Below are positions 62,955-64,000 of a DNA stretch of 64,000 nt, in pieces. Each line of letters starts with the position of its first letter. Within the stretch, counting starts at the first letter, position 1. This DNA comes from an uncultured Planctomycetia bacterium (lineage in GTDB: Bacteria > Omnitrophota > Gorgyraeia > B26-G9): positions 759 through 64,758 of the forward strand of contig CAYTGV010000005.1 of NCBI GenBank assembly GCA_964437495.1, in the 5' to 3' direction. The notes beneath the pieces are model-generated. The model had not been told where the DNA came from. It saw nothing but the letters and a program-made list of their open reading frames with translations, and did no database searches. The translations under genes and the position numbers were made by a program.

Positions 62955-64000
62955 TTAGGGCAAAAACTCCAAATCTGAGAGTTTTCTATATACCCCATTT
63001 TGCTTCAAAAGCTCCTCATGTGTGCCTTCCTCAATGATTTCCCCCTTATCAAAGACAAGAATCCTCTTAATTTTCTTAACCGTTGCCAGTCGGTGAGCAA
63101 TAATAAATGCCGTTCTATCCATAAGAAGATTATCCAGCGCTTCCTGCACTAAACGGGTCGATTCAGCATCAAGCTGAGAAGTTGCCTCATCCAATATCAA
63201 AATAGGCGGGTTATTCAATATAGCGCGGGCTATAGCTAAACGCTGTTTTTGCCCTCCAGAGAGCTTTACCCCCATATCTCCGATTACCTCATTATACCTA
63301 TGCGGCAAATTTTCAATGAATTCATGAGCTTCGGCTATTTTTGCCGCTTTGATCACCTCTTCATCTGTAGCATCAAATCTACTATAAGCAATATTATTTC
63401 TCACCGTATCATGAAAAAGCATTAAGTCCTGGGTAACAATACCTATCTGTGAACGAAGCGATTTAAAAGTAACATCTCTTATATCCGTGCCATCGATTTT
63501 TATCTTTCCTTTAACCGGGTCATAAAAACGCGGTATTAAATTAACCAAAGAGGTTTTTCCCACTCCGCTTGCGCCTACTAAACCGATGACTTCTCCCCTT
63601 TTAACCTTTAAATTGATGTTTTTCAAAATCATCTTCTGATCATAGCCGAAATTTACATTTTCAAATGTTATTTCTTTGCTGATCAAATCAAGTTCTTTCG
63701 CGTTTTTCTTCTCGGCCACTTTAATCGGAGCATCAAGAACTTCAAAGATTCTCTTTGCCGCTGCCAAGCCTTGCTGATTTATGCTGTGTATTTCACTCAA
63801 ACGCCTGCAAGGTTTAATTAATGACATGAGCGCTCCTAAAAAAAGCATAAATATCCCAAAAGACATTGTTCCCTGGATAACACCTCTGCCACCATAATAA
63901 AGAAAAGCCGCTCCGCCGCAAGCACCAATAAATTCAGTAAAAGGACCCAGGACCAAAGCCCTTTTCTGCAACCGCATCATAATTTTATAAAAGGAAAAAT
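62955..64000 (-). CDS. MsbA-like ABC exporter, 3' part (runs off right edge)
   Basis: TM end + GASGVGKT, LSGGQKQR, LDEATS. Confidence 0.88.
   Translation of the reverse strand, partial: FSFYKIMMRLQKRALVLGPFTEFIGACGGAAFLYYGGRGVIQGTMSFGIFMLFLGALMSLIKPCRRLSEIHSINQQGLAAAKRIFEVLDAPIKVAEKKNAKELDLISKEITFENVNFGYDQKMILKNINLKVKRGEVIGLVGASGVGKTSLVNLIPRFYDPVKGKIKIDGTDIRDVTFKSLRSQIGIVTQDLMLFHDTVRNNIAYSRFDATDEEVIKAAKIAEAHEFIENLPHRYNEVIGDMGVKLSGGQKQRLAIARAILNNPPILILDEATSQLDAESTRLVQEALDNLLMDRTAFIIAHRLATVKKIKRILVFDKGEIIEEGTHEELLKQNGVYRKLSDLEFLP

Overview
AT-rich bacterial chromosome segment, mostly minus-strand housekeeping genes. The gene set and the style of the secreted proteins suggest Candidatus Omnitrophota (PVC/OP3); this is inference only. 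Housekeeping content: msbA-like ABC (partial), rpsB-tsf-pyrH-frr, six tRNAs (Lys, Glu, Val, Asp, fMet, Met), patatin, AsmA-like, nagA-glmS, pckG, purC, maf, SurA/PpiD-like, rsmI, purN, PGM, eno-ftsB-S1, hppA, tilS, HD-GYP, lysS-lolCD-ilvE, and a Firmicutes-like mcsA-mcsB-clpC-(mlaEFD)-radA-yacL-ispDF-cysE-cysS run. The most striking part is at the left edge and is missed by the ORF track. A near-consensus sigma70 promoter drives a c-di-GMP-I (GEMM) riboswitch with an overlapping terminator, then a ~165-aa secreted ORF that is a truncated paralogue of the next gene's N-terminus, then a terminator/antiterminator switch overlapping its stop codon, and finally a >=1390-codon secreted giant-type protein running off the window. 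That protein carries an internal C39 peptidase domain followed by its own double-glycine cleavage motif and an amphipathic/hydrophobic payload. Intergenic DNA holds several structured repeat families, including three ~130-nt covarying elements with CsrA-like ANGGA loops, a tRNA-Glu/REP/GIY-YIG module and a decayed tyrosine integrase next to tRNA-Met.
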